Shown here: in pieces, positions 42,431 to 52,242 of the stretch
Layout: each line of letters opens with the position of its first letter
How positions within the stretch are numbered: position 1 is the stretch's first letter
From: Minisyncoccota bacterium
GTDB taxonomy: Bacteria > Patescibacteriota > Minisyncoccia > Phycocordibacterales > SW-6-46-9
NCBI GenBank assembly: GCA_040905385.1
Contig: JBBDRP010000002.1
Span: forward strand, 322,937 to 386,936
Direction of reading: 5' to 3'
DNA: 64,000 nt
Made by a program: the position numbers and the translations under genes
The notes under the pieces: generated by a model
What the model saw: the letters and a program-made list of their open reading frames with translations, nothing else
Databases searched by the model: none
Told to the model about the DNA's origin: nothing

Positions 42431-43084
42431 ATGTTTCAAATTCCACTACATCACTGTTACCTGATTCAAGCGGCGTCTATCGAAGACTGTGCGGCGGTTG
42501 TGATGCGTCAGCTACAAGATATCCATGCCGATGTTGCCGTACCTACTACGTTTGATATTGATACGGTTGATATCTTTACTATTGAGATGGCGAGAGAAGT
42601 TCGTCAGCGCGGACAGCAGAAAGCTGGAGGCGAGGCGTTTTGTATTGTGCGCGGATTTGATTCCATTACGACCGAGGCGCAGAATGCTCTTCTGAAGATT
42701 ATTGAGTCACCAGCTAGCGGTGTGCATCTTTTTTTTCTGACTCCTCAACCAGGAGAACTTCTTGAGACTATTCAGTCAAGAACGCTACGTCTCGATGGTA
42801 TTTGTGATGATGCTGATCAGGAGATTACACAAAGACTCGTTGATGAATTTACAGCCGGTATTAATTTTCAGGATCGGTTGGAGGTAGTTGAAAAGATAAC
42901 TACCAGACGCCAGCTGCGAGTCTTTGCTAAGATTATTTCTACAACAAAGCTGCCACGAGAAAATCCAGATTTTGGAAAAGCGCTCGAGTTGGTGGTTGAC
43001 TGGGGAAGAGATAGTGGCAGCTCTGTTAAGCTGCTCGGTCAGTATTTAGCTACGACCGCGGGTCGTTCGCACGAACGAGAGTAA
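42431..43084 (+). CDS. DNA polymerase III delta'/delta-like clamp-loader subunit fragment lacking the Walker A region
   Basis: AQNALLKIIESP..LFFLT..LLETIQSRT matches the sensor/lid region of HolB/HolA-type AAA+ proteins. No P-loop. Confidence 0.45.
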   Translation: MFQIPLHHCYLIQAASIEDCAAVVMRQLQDIHADVAVPTTFDIDTVDIFTIEMAREVRQRGQQKAGGEAFCIVRGFDSITTEAQNALLKIIESPASGVHLFFLTPQPGELLETIQSRTLRLDGICDDADQEITQRLVDEFTAGINFQDRLEVVEKITTRRQLRVFAKIISTTKLPRENPDFGKALELVVDWGRDSGSSVKLLGQYLATTAGRSHERE

Positions 43085-43101
43085 TTTGTTACCATAGTGA
43101 T

Positions 43102-43653
43102 ATGAGTTACGATTTCTCGAAATTACATACAAAAATAGTAGAGACGAAAAGTTGGTTAACTACTGAGCTTGAGAAAATTCGTGCTGGGCGAGCTTCGGCC
43201 AGTGTACTTGATGGTATTACCGTCGAGTCGTACGGTTCCCAGATGCCACTGCAGCAGCTGGGTAGTATTGGAAACGAAGGACCGCGCACGCTGCGGGTTG
43301 ACGTGTACGATGCGTCGCAGATTGATGCAGTTGAAAAGGCTTTGCAGCAGTCTGATATTGGTGCCAGTATTGCCAAGGATGACAGTGGTTTGCGACTTAA
43401 TTTTCCTGAACTAACCCAGGAAAATCGACAGCGGTCACTTGACCAGGCCAAGGCTAAGTTTGAGGAAGCTAAGGTATCGTTGCGTGGTGTGCGTGAGGAT
43501 ATCTGGAATGAGATTAAGAATCTTGAAGATGACGGAGAAATTCCCGAGGATGAGAAGTTTCGTCTCAAGGATAAGCTGGAAGAGAAAATAAAAGGTGCCA
43601 ATGATGAGATGCAGAAGCTGATGGAGGCCAAGCAGGAGAAGCTCAAGGCGTAG
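43102..43653 (+). CDS. frr: Ribosome recycling factor
   Basis: 183 aa. Conserved RRF blocks (LRVDVYD, RLNFPELTQENR). Confidence 0.9.
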   Translation: MSYDFSKLHTKIVETKSWLTTELEKIRAGRASASVLDGITVESYGSQMPLQQLGSIGNEGPRTLRVDVYDASQIDAVEKALQQSDIGASIAKDDSGLRLNFPELTQENRQRSLDQAKAKFEEAKVSLRGVREDIWNEIKNLEDDGEIPEDEKFRLKDKLEEKIKGANDEMQKLMEAKQEKLKA

Positions 43654-43680
43654 TATTACCCGCATAACTAAACCCATTTC

Positions 43681-44799
43681 GTGACTACGATTCTTATTTT
43701 TATTGCTGTGCTAGCTGTGTTGGTGTTTGTACATGAACTTGGGCATTTTTCTGTTGCGAAGTGGTTTGGAATGCGAGTGGATGAGTTTGGTATCGGGTTT
43801 CCACCGCGGGCAGCGGCCCACAAACCAGAAGGGAGCGAAACCACATACAGTCTTAACTGGCTACCACTAGGTGGGTTTGTAAAGATTTTTGGTGAGAACG
43901 GAGCCGAGGAGGATGATCCCGATCATCCTCATTTTGGACGGAGCTTTGGCGACAAGCCGTGGTATGCCCAAATTGCGGTGCTGGTTGCTGGTGTGGCAAT
44001 GAACATGCTCTTGGCCTGGGTACTTTTCTCGCTGTCTTTTATGTTTGGAACACTGGCGGCACCAGATGCAGATGATCCGGATCGAGTGACGGATGTCGGG
44101 ATCATTGTGACACAGGTGCTGCCGGATTCTCCGGCTGATGAGGCAGGGATTGTGCCCGGCGACAAAATCACCGACTTTCGCCTTGCCGATAGTACATCTA
44201 CAGCTACCGTGACGGCCGATGTACTGCAGCAGACGGTCCTCCAGGCCAGCTCCTCGGCTGTGGTGCTGGAGCTGGAGCGTAGTACAGAAGGAGTCGTAGC
44301 CACATCTACTGCCACCGTTACACCGACTGTTTTAGATAGCGGAAACACGCAGATTGGTATCGCAATGGCCGAAGCCGGTATTCTGAAGCTCGGCTTCTTT
44401 CCGGCCCTGGCCGAGGGGTACCGGTCAACGGTCTCTCTGACCGAGCAGACGTATACTGGTTTTAAGAATTTGGTGATGGATGCAATTTCTGGTGGTGGAG
44501 AAAGTCTCAAGCAGGTGGCTGGCCCGGTCGGTATTGCTGGTCTGGTTGGTGATGCTGCCGATCGCGGTCTGGCACCACTGCTGTCATTTATGGCGCTGAT
44601 TTCAATCAACCTGGCCATCCTGAATCTCCTGCCATTTCCGGCCCTGGACGGAGGACGAATTGTATTTGTACTTATTGAGACAGTTACTCAGCGGAAGATC
44701 CCGGCTAACGTGGCTGGTATTATCAACGGCATCGGTATGCTACTGCTGCTTCTCCTGATGGTGCTGGTGACGTACCAGGATATTGTGCGGCTGTTTTAG
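43681..44799 (+). CDS. rseP: RIP metalloprotease RseP (site-2 protease, M50) with a PDZ domain
   Basis: HELGHF zinc motif and NLLPFPALDGGRIVF motif. Confidence 0.9.
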   Translation: MTTILIFIAVLAVLVFVHELGHFSVAKWFGMRVDEFGIGFPPRAAAHKPEGSETTYSLNWLPLGGFVKIFGENGAEEDDPDHPHFGRSFGDKPWYAQIAVLVAGVAMNMLLAWVLFSLSFMFGTLAAPDADDPDRVTDVGIIVTQVLPDSPADEAGIVPGDKITDFRLADSTSTATVTADVLQQTVLQASSSAVVLELERSTEGVVATSTATVTPTVLDSGNTQIGIAMAEAGILKLGFFPALAEGYRSTVSLTEQTYTGFKNLVMDAISGGGESLKQVAGPVGIAGLVGDAADRGLAPLLSFMALISINLAILNLLPFPALDGGRIVFVLIETVTQRKIPANVAGIINGIGMLLLLLLMVLVTYQDIVRLF

Positions 44800-44951
44800 G
44801 GGAAATATGTAGCGTATAACGTGTAGCGTGTAACTTATAACTAAATCGATTAGCCAAGCAGATATGGAGGATTTGTGATTTTTAATTAGAAATTACTAAT
44901 TGGATATTACGTCCGTGTCTTTGAAAGACGCGGAAAAATCAAGTACTATGG

Positions 44952-46211
44952 ATGCATATGCGGCAATCACAGCTTTTCTCTAAAACCAGAAAGAACGCAC
45001 CAGCTGATGAGGTGGCCAAGAATGCCCAGCTTCTGATTCAGGCTGGCTTTATTCACAAGGAGATGGCCGGTGTTTATGCGTATCTACCACTTGGTCTGCG
45101 GGTCCGTAATAAAATTGAGGAAATAATTCGTGAGGAGATGAATGCTGTCGGCGGTCAGGAGGTGGAGCTCACCGCCCTTCAGCGGGAGGAGCTCTGGCAG
45201 CGCACGGATCGCTGGAGTGATGAGTCAATCGATGTCTGGTTCAAGACCAAGCTGAAGAATGATACCGAGGTCGGTCTGGCTACGACCCATGAGGAGCCGC
45301 TTACCGAGCTTTTGACCCAGCATATCAACTCCTACCGAGATATGCCGCTAGCCGTCTATCAGTTCCAGACCAAGTTTCGCAATGAGCTACGCTCGAAAAG
45401 CGGCATCATGCGTGGCCGGGAATTTCTTATGAAGGATCTGTACTCTTTTTGTCGTACACAGGATGAGCATGATGATTTTTATGCTGAAATGAAGTCTGCC
45501 TACGAACGGGTCTTCAGGCGCGTTGGAATTGGTGAAGACACTTTTTATACCTACGCCGATGGTGGAAGCTTCTCTGATTACTCTCATGAGTTTCAGACGG
45601 TCTCTGATGCCGGTGAGGATACAATCTATATCGATGATGACAGCGGAATCGCTATTAATAAAGAGATGCTGAACGAGAGTACGCTGAAGGAGCTTGATGT
45701 TGAAAGGGAGGATCTGCGTGAGGCTCGTGCTATCGAGGTGGGAAATATCTTTCCGCTGGGGACGAAGTTTTCCGATGCTCTGGGATTGGTGTTTAAGAAC
45801 GAAGACGGTGAGGAAAAGCCGGTGATTATGGGATCCTATGGTATCGGCGTCGGACGACTAATGGGAACGATTGTTGAGATTATGGCTGCTGAAGATGGTT
45901 TTATCTGGCCAGAGAACATTGCACCGTTTCGGGTACATCTCCTGGCACTCGGTGGTAGTGATGATGTCCGCCAGGCAGCTGATGGGGCCTACGAAGCCTT
46001 GCAATCTTCCGGTATCGAGGTTCTGTATGATGACCGCGACGCGAGTCCGGGCGAGAAATTTGGCGATAGTGATCTGATTGGTATTCCGACACAGATCGTT
46101 ATCGGAAATCAGACGATTAACAAGGATGGGGTCGAGGTGACGAATCGATTAGATAAAGACAGTACTTCAGAAATTTTACCCCTTTCGGAGGTCATAAACA
46201 GTCTTTCCTAA
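44952..46211 (+). CDS. proS: Prolyl-tRNA synthetase, bacterial-type N-terminus, short form apparently lacking the INS editing domain
   Basis: N-terminal MRQSQLFSKTRK..AGFIHK..YAYLPLGLRV matches bacterial ProRS. Only 419 aa. Confidence 0.8.
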   Translation: MHMRQSQLFSKTRKNAPADEVAKNAQLLIQAGFIHKEMAGVYAYLPLGLRVRNKIEEIIREEMNAVGGQEVELTALQREELWQRTDRWSDESIDVWFKTKLKNDTEVGLATTHEEPLTELLTQHINSYRDMPLAVYQFQTKFRNELRSKSGIMRGREFLMKDLYSFCRTQDEHDDFYAEMKSAYERVFRRVGIGEDTFYTYADGGSFSDYSHEFQTVSDAGEDTIYIDDDSGIAINKEMLNESTLKELDVEREDLREARAIEVGNIFPLGTKFSDALGLVFKNEDGEEKPVIMGSYGIGVGRLMGTIVEIMAAEDGFIWPENIAPFRVHLLALGGSDDVRQAADGAYEALQSSGIEVLYDDRDASPGEKFGDSDLIGIPTQIVIGNQTINKDGVEVTNRLDKDSTSEILPLSEVINSLS

Positions 46212-46212
46212 C

Positions 46213-47277
46213 ATGAAAATGACCAAGAAAATACGGAACTGGTTTGCCATTAATCAGCAAATCGGCCTGGACCTCGGTAGCTCAACAGTTCGAATTACGT
46301 TGCCTGCTCAGGAAAAGCAGGTCACGCAGGCGGCTGTTGTGGCGCGTAATATGCGTACGGATCAGATCGTGGCCATCGGCGACGCCGCCGAAAAAACCCT
46401 TGGTCGAACTCCGGCACATATCGAGACAATGTATCCGATCGTCGAAGGAGTAGTTGATGACTCTGCTTCACTAGAGTCTTTAATTTCGATGCTGCTGTAT
46501 CAAAACACCTCAGGACTGTTTCAGTTTATTGGTCGTAATATTCTTGTAGCATTACCTGCGTCGGTTACGGATGTGGATGTACGAATTATTGGTAATACCC
46601 TGCAGAAATCTGGTGCCCGTGAGGTGATGGCAGTACCGGCTTCTATTGCTGGTTTAGTTGGAGTTGGGGCTCCAGTTGGTGACCCCACTACACAGCTGGT
46701 GGTCAATATCGGTTCTGGAATTACCCAGATTGCGGCGGTTTCTGATGGAAGTGTGGTAACGGAAGCTTCATCCTCAGTGGCTGGTAATCAGTTTGATTTG
46801 ATGATTGTTCAATACATCGCTGATGACTTTGGGTTGCGCATTAGTAGTCAGCAGGCTCGTAGAATCAAGCATGAGCTTGGGGCCGTTCGTGGCTGGAGTG
46901 ATGAGCCAGGCGAAAAGACAGCCGTTAGTGGTCAGGATGAGGCCAGTAGCCTACCGCGTGAAATAAATATTGCTCGTATAGATATCACAGAAGCTATCGA
47001 TCCACTTATTAGTGATCTGGTCGATTTTATCCAAGCTTTTATCCGTTCGCTTTCGGCGGACATGGTGGCGGATATCTCGTCTCATGGTCTTCATCTGGTA
47101 GGCGGCGGTTCACGTCTAGCTGGCTTGGGTGACCACCTGGCCAGCGTACTTGATGTGAGTGTTCATGAGCGTGTTAATCCGGAGCAGGTAATTATGGAGG
47201 GATTGGGATACATTATAGATCGTGAGGATGGCGATCAATTTACACAGTTAATACGTGCGTATGAATCCACGAAATAG
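46213..47277 (+). CDS. mreB: Actin-like rod-shape protein MreB, paralog 2
   Basis: LDLGSSTVRI, RTPAHIETMYPIVEGVVDD and LVGGGSRLAGL motifs. Followed by mreC and mreD. Confidence 0.8.
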   Translation: MKMTKKIRNWFAINQQIGLDLGSSTVRITLPAQEKQVTQAAVVARNMRTDQIVAIGDAAEKTLGRTPAHIETMYPIVEGVVDDSASLESLISMLLYQNTSGLFQFIGRNILVALPASVTDVDVRIIGNTLQKSGAREVMAVPASIAGLVGVGAPVGDPTTQLVVNIGSGITQIAAVSDGSVVTEASSSVAGNQFDLMIVQYIADDFGLRISSQQARRIKHELGAVRGWSDEPGEKTAVSGQDEASSLPREINIARIDITEAIDPLISDLVDFIQAFIRSLSADMVADISSHGLHLVGGGSRLAGLGDHLASVLDVSVHERVNPEQVIMEGLGYIIDREDGDQFTQLIRAYESTK

Positions 47278-47974
47278 CAGCTTTCCGTATGCAGCTCTTT
47301 TCTTGGCTGTTATCTCAATTGCGGTCGGTGTGTACTGGTATGGTCCGGCAGTTCATCGAGAAGTTTCTTATCTGCTTCCGGACACAGTCGGGGCTACTTC
47401 TACTGTTGTTATCACCTCCGATCGGTTAGCACGACTCCAGCAGGAGGCAGCCATTGGACGCCGCTTGCAGCGTGTGCAGGATTCCTTACTGGTGGCTGCC
47501 GGTACCTCATCAGTAATGAATTGGATTGGCACCTCAACCCCGCATCAGGCCGAAGTAATTGGGCGACCACCACAATCTCCGTACGATACGCTGGTTATTA
47601 GCATTGGAGCTGATAGGGGGGTTGAGCTTGGAGCCGGGGTCTGGTGGCCGGCTGGTGTGTATCTTGGTGAAGTGGTTGATGTGCGCTCCGAGACGTCCAT
47701 TGTGCAACTAGTTTCATCATCCGGTGTAGAGCACCCGGCTTTTGTGGGGCAGACGCCAATTAAGCTTCATGGTAGAGGTGGTGATGAGCTGTACGCAGAA
47801 GTATCGGAAAATCTCGATATTGCCATTGGTGATGCGGTGATCTCTGACGTATATGAGCTACCGATTGGGGTGGTGGCGACGATCAGGGAGCTACCAACTA
47901 CCAACCAAAAAGCGCTTTATATCGCACGTTTTATTTCATCTTCAGTATTACAGAATGTTTATGTTGAATCGTAA
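47255..47974 (+). CDS. mreC: Rod shape-determining protein MreC
   Basis: N-terminal TM/coiled coil and C-terminal beta-rich region. Synteny with mreB and mreD. Confidence 0.7.
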   Translation: MRMNPRNSSFPYAALFLAVISIAVGVYWYGPAVHREVSYLLPDTVGATSTVVITSDRLARLQQEAAIGRRLQRVQDSLLVAAGTSSVMNWIGTSTPHQAEVIGRPPQSPYDTLVISIGADRGVELGAGVWWPAGVYLGEVVDVRSETSIVQLVSSSGVEHPAFVGQTPIKLHGRGGDELYAEVSENLDIAIGDAVISDVYELPIGVVATIRELPTTNQKALYIARFISSSVLQNVYVES

Positions 47975-48221
47975 TCAAGTAATCTCCAGGGCGCTTTTCA
48001 CGGCGCTGCTCCTTCTGGCAACATTTATCCTGCCTTGGTGGTGGACGGCGCTTTTGGCACTAGTCGGCATCTTCTCTTTCTACCTTTTTCTGGAGGCGGT
48101 GTTCGTGGGAATTTTAGTAGATGTGATTTATTCTGCTTCCTGGCTGCCAATAATGGGCTTGGTGGCACTGGGAGTATTGCTTATGATAGGTTTGGTAACG
48201 TACTATATTTCTTATCAATGA
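47955..48221 (+). CDS. mreD: Rod shape-determining protein MreD (small polytopic membrane protein)
   Basis: Hydrophobic 88 aa between mreC and PBP2. Start chosen at the ATG at 47955; start uncertain. Confidence 0.5.
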   Translation: MFMLNRNQVISRALFTALLLLATFILPWWWTALLALVGIFSFYLFLEAVFVGILVDVIYSASWLPIMGLVALGVLLMIGLVTYYISYQ

Positions 48222-49945
48222 GTATCTTTTCCTACATGTATAAAAGAGTCAGGGAAAGAATTGTTCGCAATCATTCTTCGATTCATGATGATTTGAGTAT
48301 GGTTTTTGGCGAAGCTGATACACCCACTGCAGATCCAAATCGTGGAACAGCCTTCTGGACAGCTGAGTCAGGTGGTCAGATTCGTCAGCGTATAGCTTAT
48401 CTTTCGGTGCTTGTGCTGATAGCCGTGACTGTATTTATCTTTCAGTTATGGAATTTGCAGATCCAGAAAGGCGAGGCCTTCACGATTGAGAGTGTACAGA
48501 ATTCGCTTTCACAGACTCCACTGTTTCCTGAACGCGGTAGTGTTTCCGATCGTGACGGTACCCGTTTGGCCTGGAATACGGCGACTGACACACAGGATTT
48601 CTTTCTGCGGTCATACGCAACGTCAACCGGTTTTGGACATCTGCTCGGGTACGTCAAGTACCCACGGCGTGATAACAACGGAAATTATTACCGGCAGGAG
48701 ATTATTGGTCAGGCTGGAGTTGAGCGTCATTTTCAGGATTTCTTGGCAGGTCAGCCAGGAAGAAAGATTGTTGAGTCTAATGCTCTCGGTCAACAAGTGT
48801 CAGAAAGTGTAGTCGATGAAGCAAGAGCCGGTGAAGATATGCGGCTTTCTATTGATGCTGAGGTACAGCATCAGTTATTTTCGTTAATTCAGATAACTGC
48901 TGAGGAACGCGGTTTTTCCAGTGGTGCCGGAGTAATTATGAATGTCGAGACTGGCGAGCTTCTGGCGGCAACAGCTTATCCAGAGTACCGTTCGAAATCC
49001 TTAACGGTGGGTGAAGAAGGTTATATACAGGAACTACTGGATAACCATGCACAGCCTTTTCTTAACCGTGTCTCAGCTGGGCGATTCACTCCTGGATCTG
49101 TCGTAAAGCCGTTTATGGCGGTGGCTGCACTGGCCGAGAATATCATCGATCCGCGTACCACCATCCTCAGTACTGGTTTTTTACGGGTTCAGAATCCTTA
49201 TGAACCAGATCTCTTTACTATATTTCCCGACTGGAAGGCACACGGATTGGTTGATATGCGCGATGCATTGGCCGTCTCATCTAATGAGTATTTCTACCAG
49301 ATTGGTGGTGGTTATAAGGATCAGGAAGGGCTCGGGATTACACGTATCGCTGCGTATAGTCAGGCGTTTGGACTGGCGGAGGAGACCGGGATCCAGGGTA
49401 TGTCCGAGGTAGCCGGGGTTATCCCAACACCGGAATGGAAGCGAGAGAACTTTACAGATGGACTGTGGCGACTAGGAGATACGTACAACACGTCGATTGG
49501 TCAGTATGGTTATCAGGTAACACCGCTACAGATGGTACGAGCGGTAGCGGCAATTGCTAACTCTGGAACACTAGTGACACCAACCGTCCGGACTGATATT
49601 TCCGCACCGTCGGTTTCGGTGCCGAAAGATATTTCAGAGGCCGATTATCAGGTGGTGCGCGAGGGTATGCGGCAGGCAGTGACTGACGGCACAGCCGGTG
49701 GACTGAATGTGCGATACGTCGATGTGGCCGCCAAGACTGGTACTGCCGAGCTTGGTGGCAATAAATCAAGACTAAACTCCTGGATTATTGGATTTTACCC
49801 TTATGATGACCCACAGTATGCCTTTATCGTCGTTATGGCCGAGGGTCCACGGTCCAATGTAGTAGGAGGTTTATATGTGATGCGGCAGCTGCTGGACTGG
49901 ATGCATCTAAATAGTCCTACCTACATTAGTGGAGAAAGTAGGTAA
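48218..49945 (+). CDS. mrdA: Penicillin-binding protein 2 (elongasome transpeptidase)
   Basis: SVVKPF (SxxK), SSN and KTGTA motifs. Start taken at the ATGA overlap with mreD. Confidence 0.85.
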   Translation: MSIFSYMYKRVRERIVRNHSSIHDDLSMVFGEADTPTADPNRGTAFWTAESGGQIRQRIAYLSVLVLIAVTVFIFQLWNLQIQKGEAFTIESVQNSLSQTPLFPERGSVSDRDGTRLAWNTATDTQDFFLRSYATSTGFGHLLGYVKYPRRDNNGNYYRQEIIGQAGVERHFQDFLAGQPGRKIVESNALGQQVSESVVDEARAGEDMRLSIDAEVQHQLFSLIQITAEERGFSSGAGVIMNVETGELLAATAYPEYRSKSLTVGEEGYIQELLDNHAQPFLNRVSAGRFTPGSVVKPFMAVAALAENIIDPRTTILSTGFLRVQNPYEPDLFTIFPDWKAHGLVDMRDALAVSSNEYFYQIGGGYKDQEGLGITRIAAYSQAFGLAEETGIQGMSEVAGVIPTPEWKRENFTDGLWRLGDTYNTSIGQYGYQVTPLQMVRAVAAIANSGTLVTPTVRTDISAPSVSVPKDISEADYQVVREGMRQAVTDGTAGGLNVRYVDVAAKTGTAELGGNKSRLNSWIIGFYPYDDPQYAFIVVMAEGPRSNVVGGLYVMRQLLDWMHLNSPTYISGESR

Positions 49946-50018
49946 AAGACGAGAAATTACTTACTGTCAAAGGGTTTTTACGGTATGATAGGGCATAATT
50001 AAAAATTTGCTTTAATAT

Positions 50019-50498
50019 TTGTCTATGAGTAAAAAAGATCAGAAAAAATACATCACGGAAGAAAAGAAGCAGGAGCTTGAGGATGAACTCGATTATCTGA
50101 TGAATACCCGTCGTGAGGAGATTGCCAAAGAGATTGAGCGCGCCAAGTCAATGGGTGATCTATCTGAGAATGCTGAGTACCAGCAGGCACGTGAAGACCA
50201 GGCTAATGCAGAGGGGCGGATTGTGGAGATAAAGAATATTCTTAAGTCAGCCGAGATTGTTAATCATAAAAAGTCTGATACTGTCGAAGTGGGCTCAACG
50301 GTTGCGGTGCGTAAAAAGTATAGCTCTACTGATCAGTCCTTTCAGATCGTAGGGTCTGAGGAGACTAATCTGGCCGAAGGGCGCGTATCACACACTGCAC
50401 CACTGGGTGAGGCTTTACTCGGTCACAAAGCTGGTGATACGGTGGAGGTAAAGACGCCGGGTGGTGAGGTGGTTTATCACATCGAGTCGGTAGAGTAG
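50019..50498 (+). CDS. greA: Transcription elongation factor GreA
   Basis: Coiled-coil N-terminal domain with GDLSENAEY and a C-terminal FKBP-like domain. Confidence 0.9.
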   Translation: MSMSKKDQKKYITEEKKQELEDELDYLMNTRREEIAKEIERAKSMGDLSENAEYQQAREDQANAEGRIVEIKNILKSAEIVNHKKSDTVEVGSTVAVRKKYSSTDQSFQIVGSEETNLAEGRVSHTAPLGEALLGHKAGDTVEVKTPGGEVVYHIESVE

Positions 50499-50524
50499 AG
50501 CGTTATTCGTTAATTTCCAATCTC

Positions 50525-51991
50525 ATGGCTTCAATTGAAGAATTGAGAAAAGAGCGCAAAGAGAAAAGAGATCGGTTACGGGCGGGCGGAATAGACCCGT
50601 ATCCGACATCTTCAATGCGTACGCACGCAATTAATGATGTACTGAATGACTTTTTGGCGCTAGAAGAAGCCGAGACAGAGCTGTGGTTGGCCGGTCGGAT
50701 ACTGGCAATTCGTGAACATGGTGAGATGGTGTTTTTTGATATGTTTGACGGCACCGGCGAGATTCAGGTGGTGATGAAGCGGGACGAAATTTCGGATACC
50801 AATTTGTTTGATCTCTTTATCGATACAATTGATGTTGGTGACTTTGTAGATGTAAATGGCACGGTTTTTAAGACAAAAACCGGTCAGGAGTCGCTTGTCT
50901 TGCTCCAGTGGCGGATTATCTCTAAATCGATTCGCCCGATCCCAACCTCATTTCACGGATTGAAGGACCAGGAAACCCGCCTCAGGCAGCGTTATCTGGA
51001 TATTTTAATGAATAATGAAGTACGTGAGATGGTACAGATGCGCGCTCGATTCTGGCGGTCTATGCGGTCATTTCTCGAGAAGGATAATTTTATGGAGGTG
51101 CAGACCCCGGTTCTGGAGACAACACCAGGAGGAGCCGATGCAAGGGCTTTTGCATCTCATCACAATGCACTTGATATGGAGGTATTTCTGCGTATTTCAG
51201 CTGGGGAGTTGTGGCAGAAGGAACTTCTGATAGCCGGTTTTGATAAGGTCTTCGAGATCGGGCGCATATTTCGCAATGAGGGCATTTCACCCGAGCATGC
51301 ACAGGATTACATGCAGATGGAGTTTTATTGGGCATATGCAGACTATGAGGACGGTATGACGTACGTAGAGCAGCTTTACAAGCATGTTGCGGAGGAGACC
51401 TTCGGAACGCTGGAGTTCAGTATCCGTGGTCATGAGGTCAATCTTGATGACCAGTGGGAGCGGTATGACTATACTGAGACAATCGAACAGATGACCGGTA
51501 TCGATATTACGGAGGCAACCCATGATGAGCTACTTCTTAAACTAAAGGAAGAAAAGGTATCAATCGAGGAGGCCGAAAAAAGTCGAGTACGAGCTATTGA
51601 TACACTATGGAAACTCTGCCGCCAGGAGATTGGTGGTCCCGGATTTTTGGTAAATGTGCCAAAAGAGTTGTCGCCACTCGCAAAGACGCAGACACCAGAG
51701 GCTGAAGTTGTAGCTCAGTTTCAGCCACTGATTGCTGGTAGCGAGGTAGGGAAGGGTTACAGCGAGTTGAATGATCCCGAAGAGCAGGCGGAGCGCTTCA
51801 GTGAGCAGGAGCAAATGCGCAAAGATGGTGATGATGAAGCGCAGCGGTATGCACATGAGTTCGTTGATGCGCTCGAGTACGGTATGCCACCAGCCTGTGG
51901 ATTTGGTGTCAGTGAGCGTTTGTTTGCTTTCCTGATGGACCTACCAATTCGAGAGGCGCAGATATTTCCACTACTGAAACCAAAGAGGTGA
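50525..51991 (+). CDS. lysS: Lysyl-tRNA synthetase (class II)
   Basis: OB-fold N-terminus, FMEVQTPVLE, IGRIFRNEG, YGMPPACGFGVS. Confidence 0.92.
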   Translation: MASIEELRKERKEKRDRLRAGGIDPYPTSSMRTHAINDVLNDFLALEEAETELWLAGRILAIREHGEMVFFDMFDGTGEIQVVMKRDEISDTNLFDLFIDTIDVGDFVDVNGTVFKTKTGQESLVLLQWRIISKSIRPIPTSFHGLKDQETRLRQRYLDILMNNEVREMVQMRARFWRSMRSFLEKDNFMEVQTPVLETTPGGADARAFASHHNALDMEVFLRISAGELWQKELLIAGFDKVFEIGRIFRNEGISPEHAQDYMQMEFYWAYADYEDGMTYVEQLYKHVAEETFGTLEFSIRGHEVNLDDQWERYDYTETIEQMTGIDITEATHDELLLKLKEEKVSIEEAEKSRVRAIDTLWKLCRQEIGGPGFLVNVPKELSPLAKTQTPEAEVVAQFQPLIAGSEVGKGYSELNDPEEQAERFSEQEQMRKDGDDEAQRYAHEFVDALEYGMPPACGFGVSERLFAFLMDLPIREAQIFPLLKPKR

Positions 51992-52242
51992 TTGTCGTTT
52001 TCTGTCGCAACGATGTCTATTACTAAAAGACATTACTTTAAGACATCATTCTTGTCTTTAAGAAGTCGTTTAGTATGTCGCAAGCGGCTTTAAGCGGTCT
52101 ATTAAGAGACAATTAAATATGTCGTTTATAAAAGCCCTCAACATAGGGCTATTTTATTTGACACCCTATGCCAGGAGAGTATTATTTGCCCACACCAAGA
52201 GCGGTAATAATTATACATATTCTACACGTAATAAATAACGAC

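Noticed and set aside
43107-44618. 179-aa and 229-aa minus-strand ORFs
   Set aside because: They are antisense to frr and rseP respectively. Products are Ser-rich low-complexity shadow ORFs.
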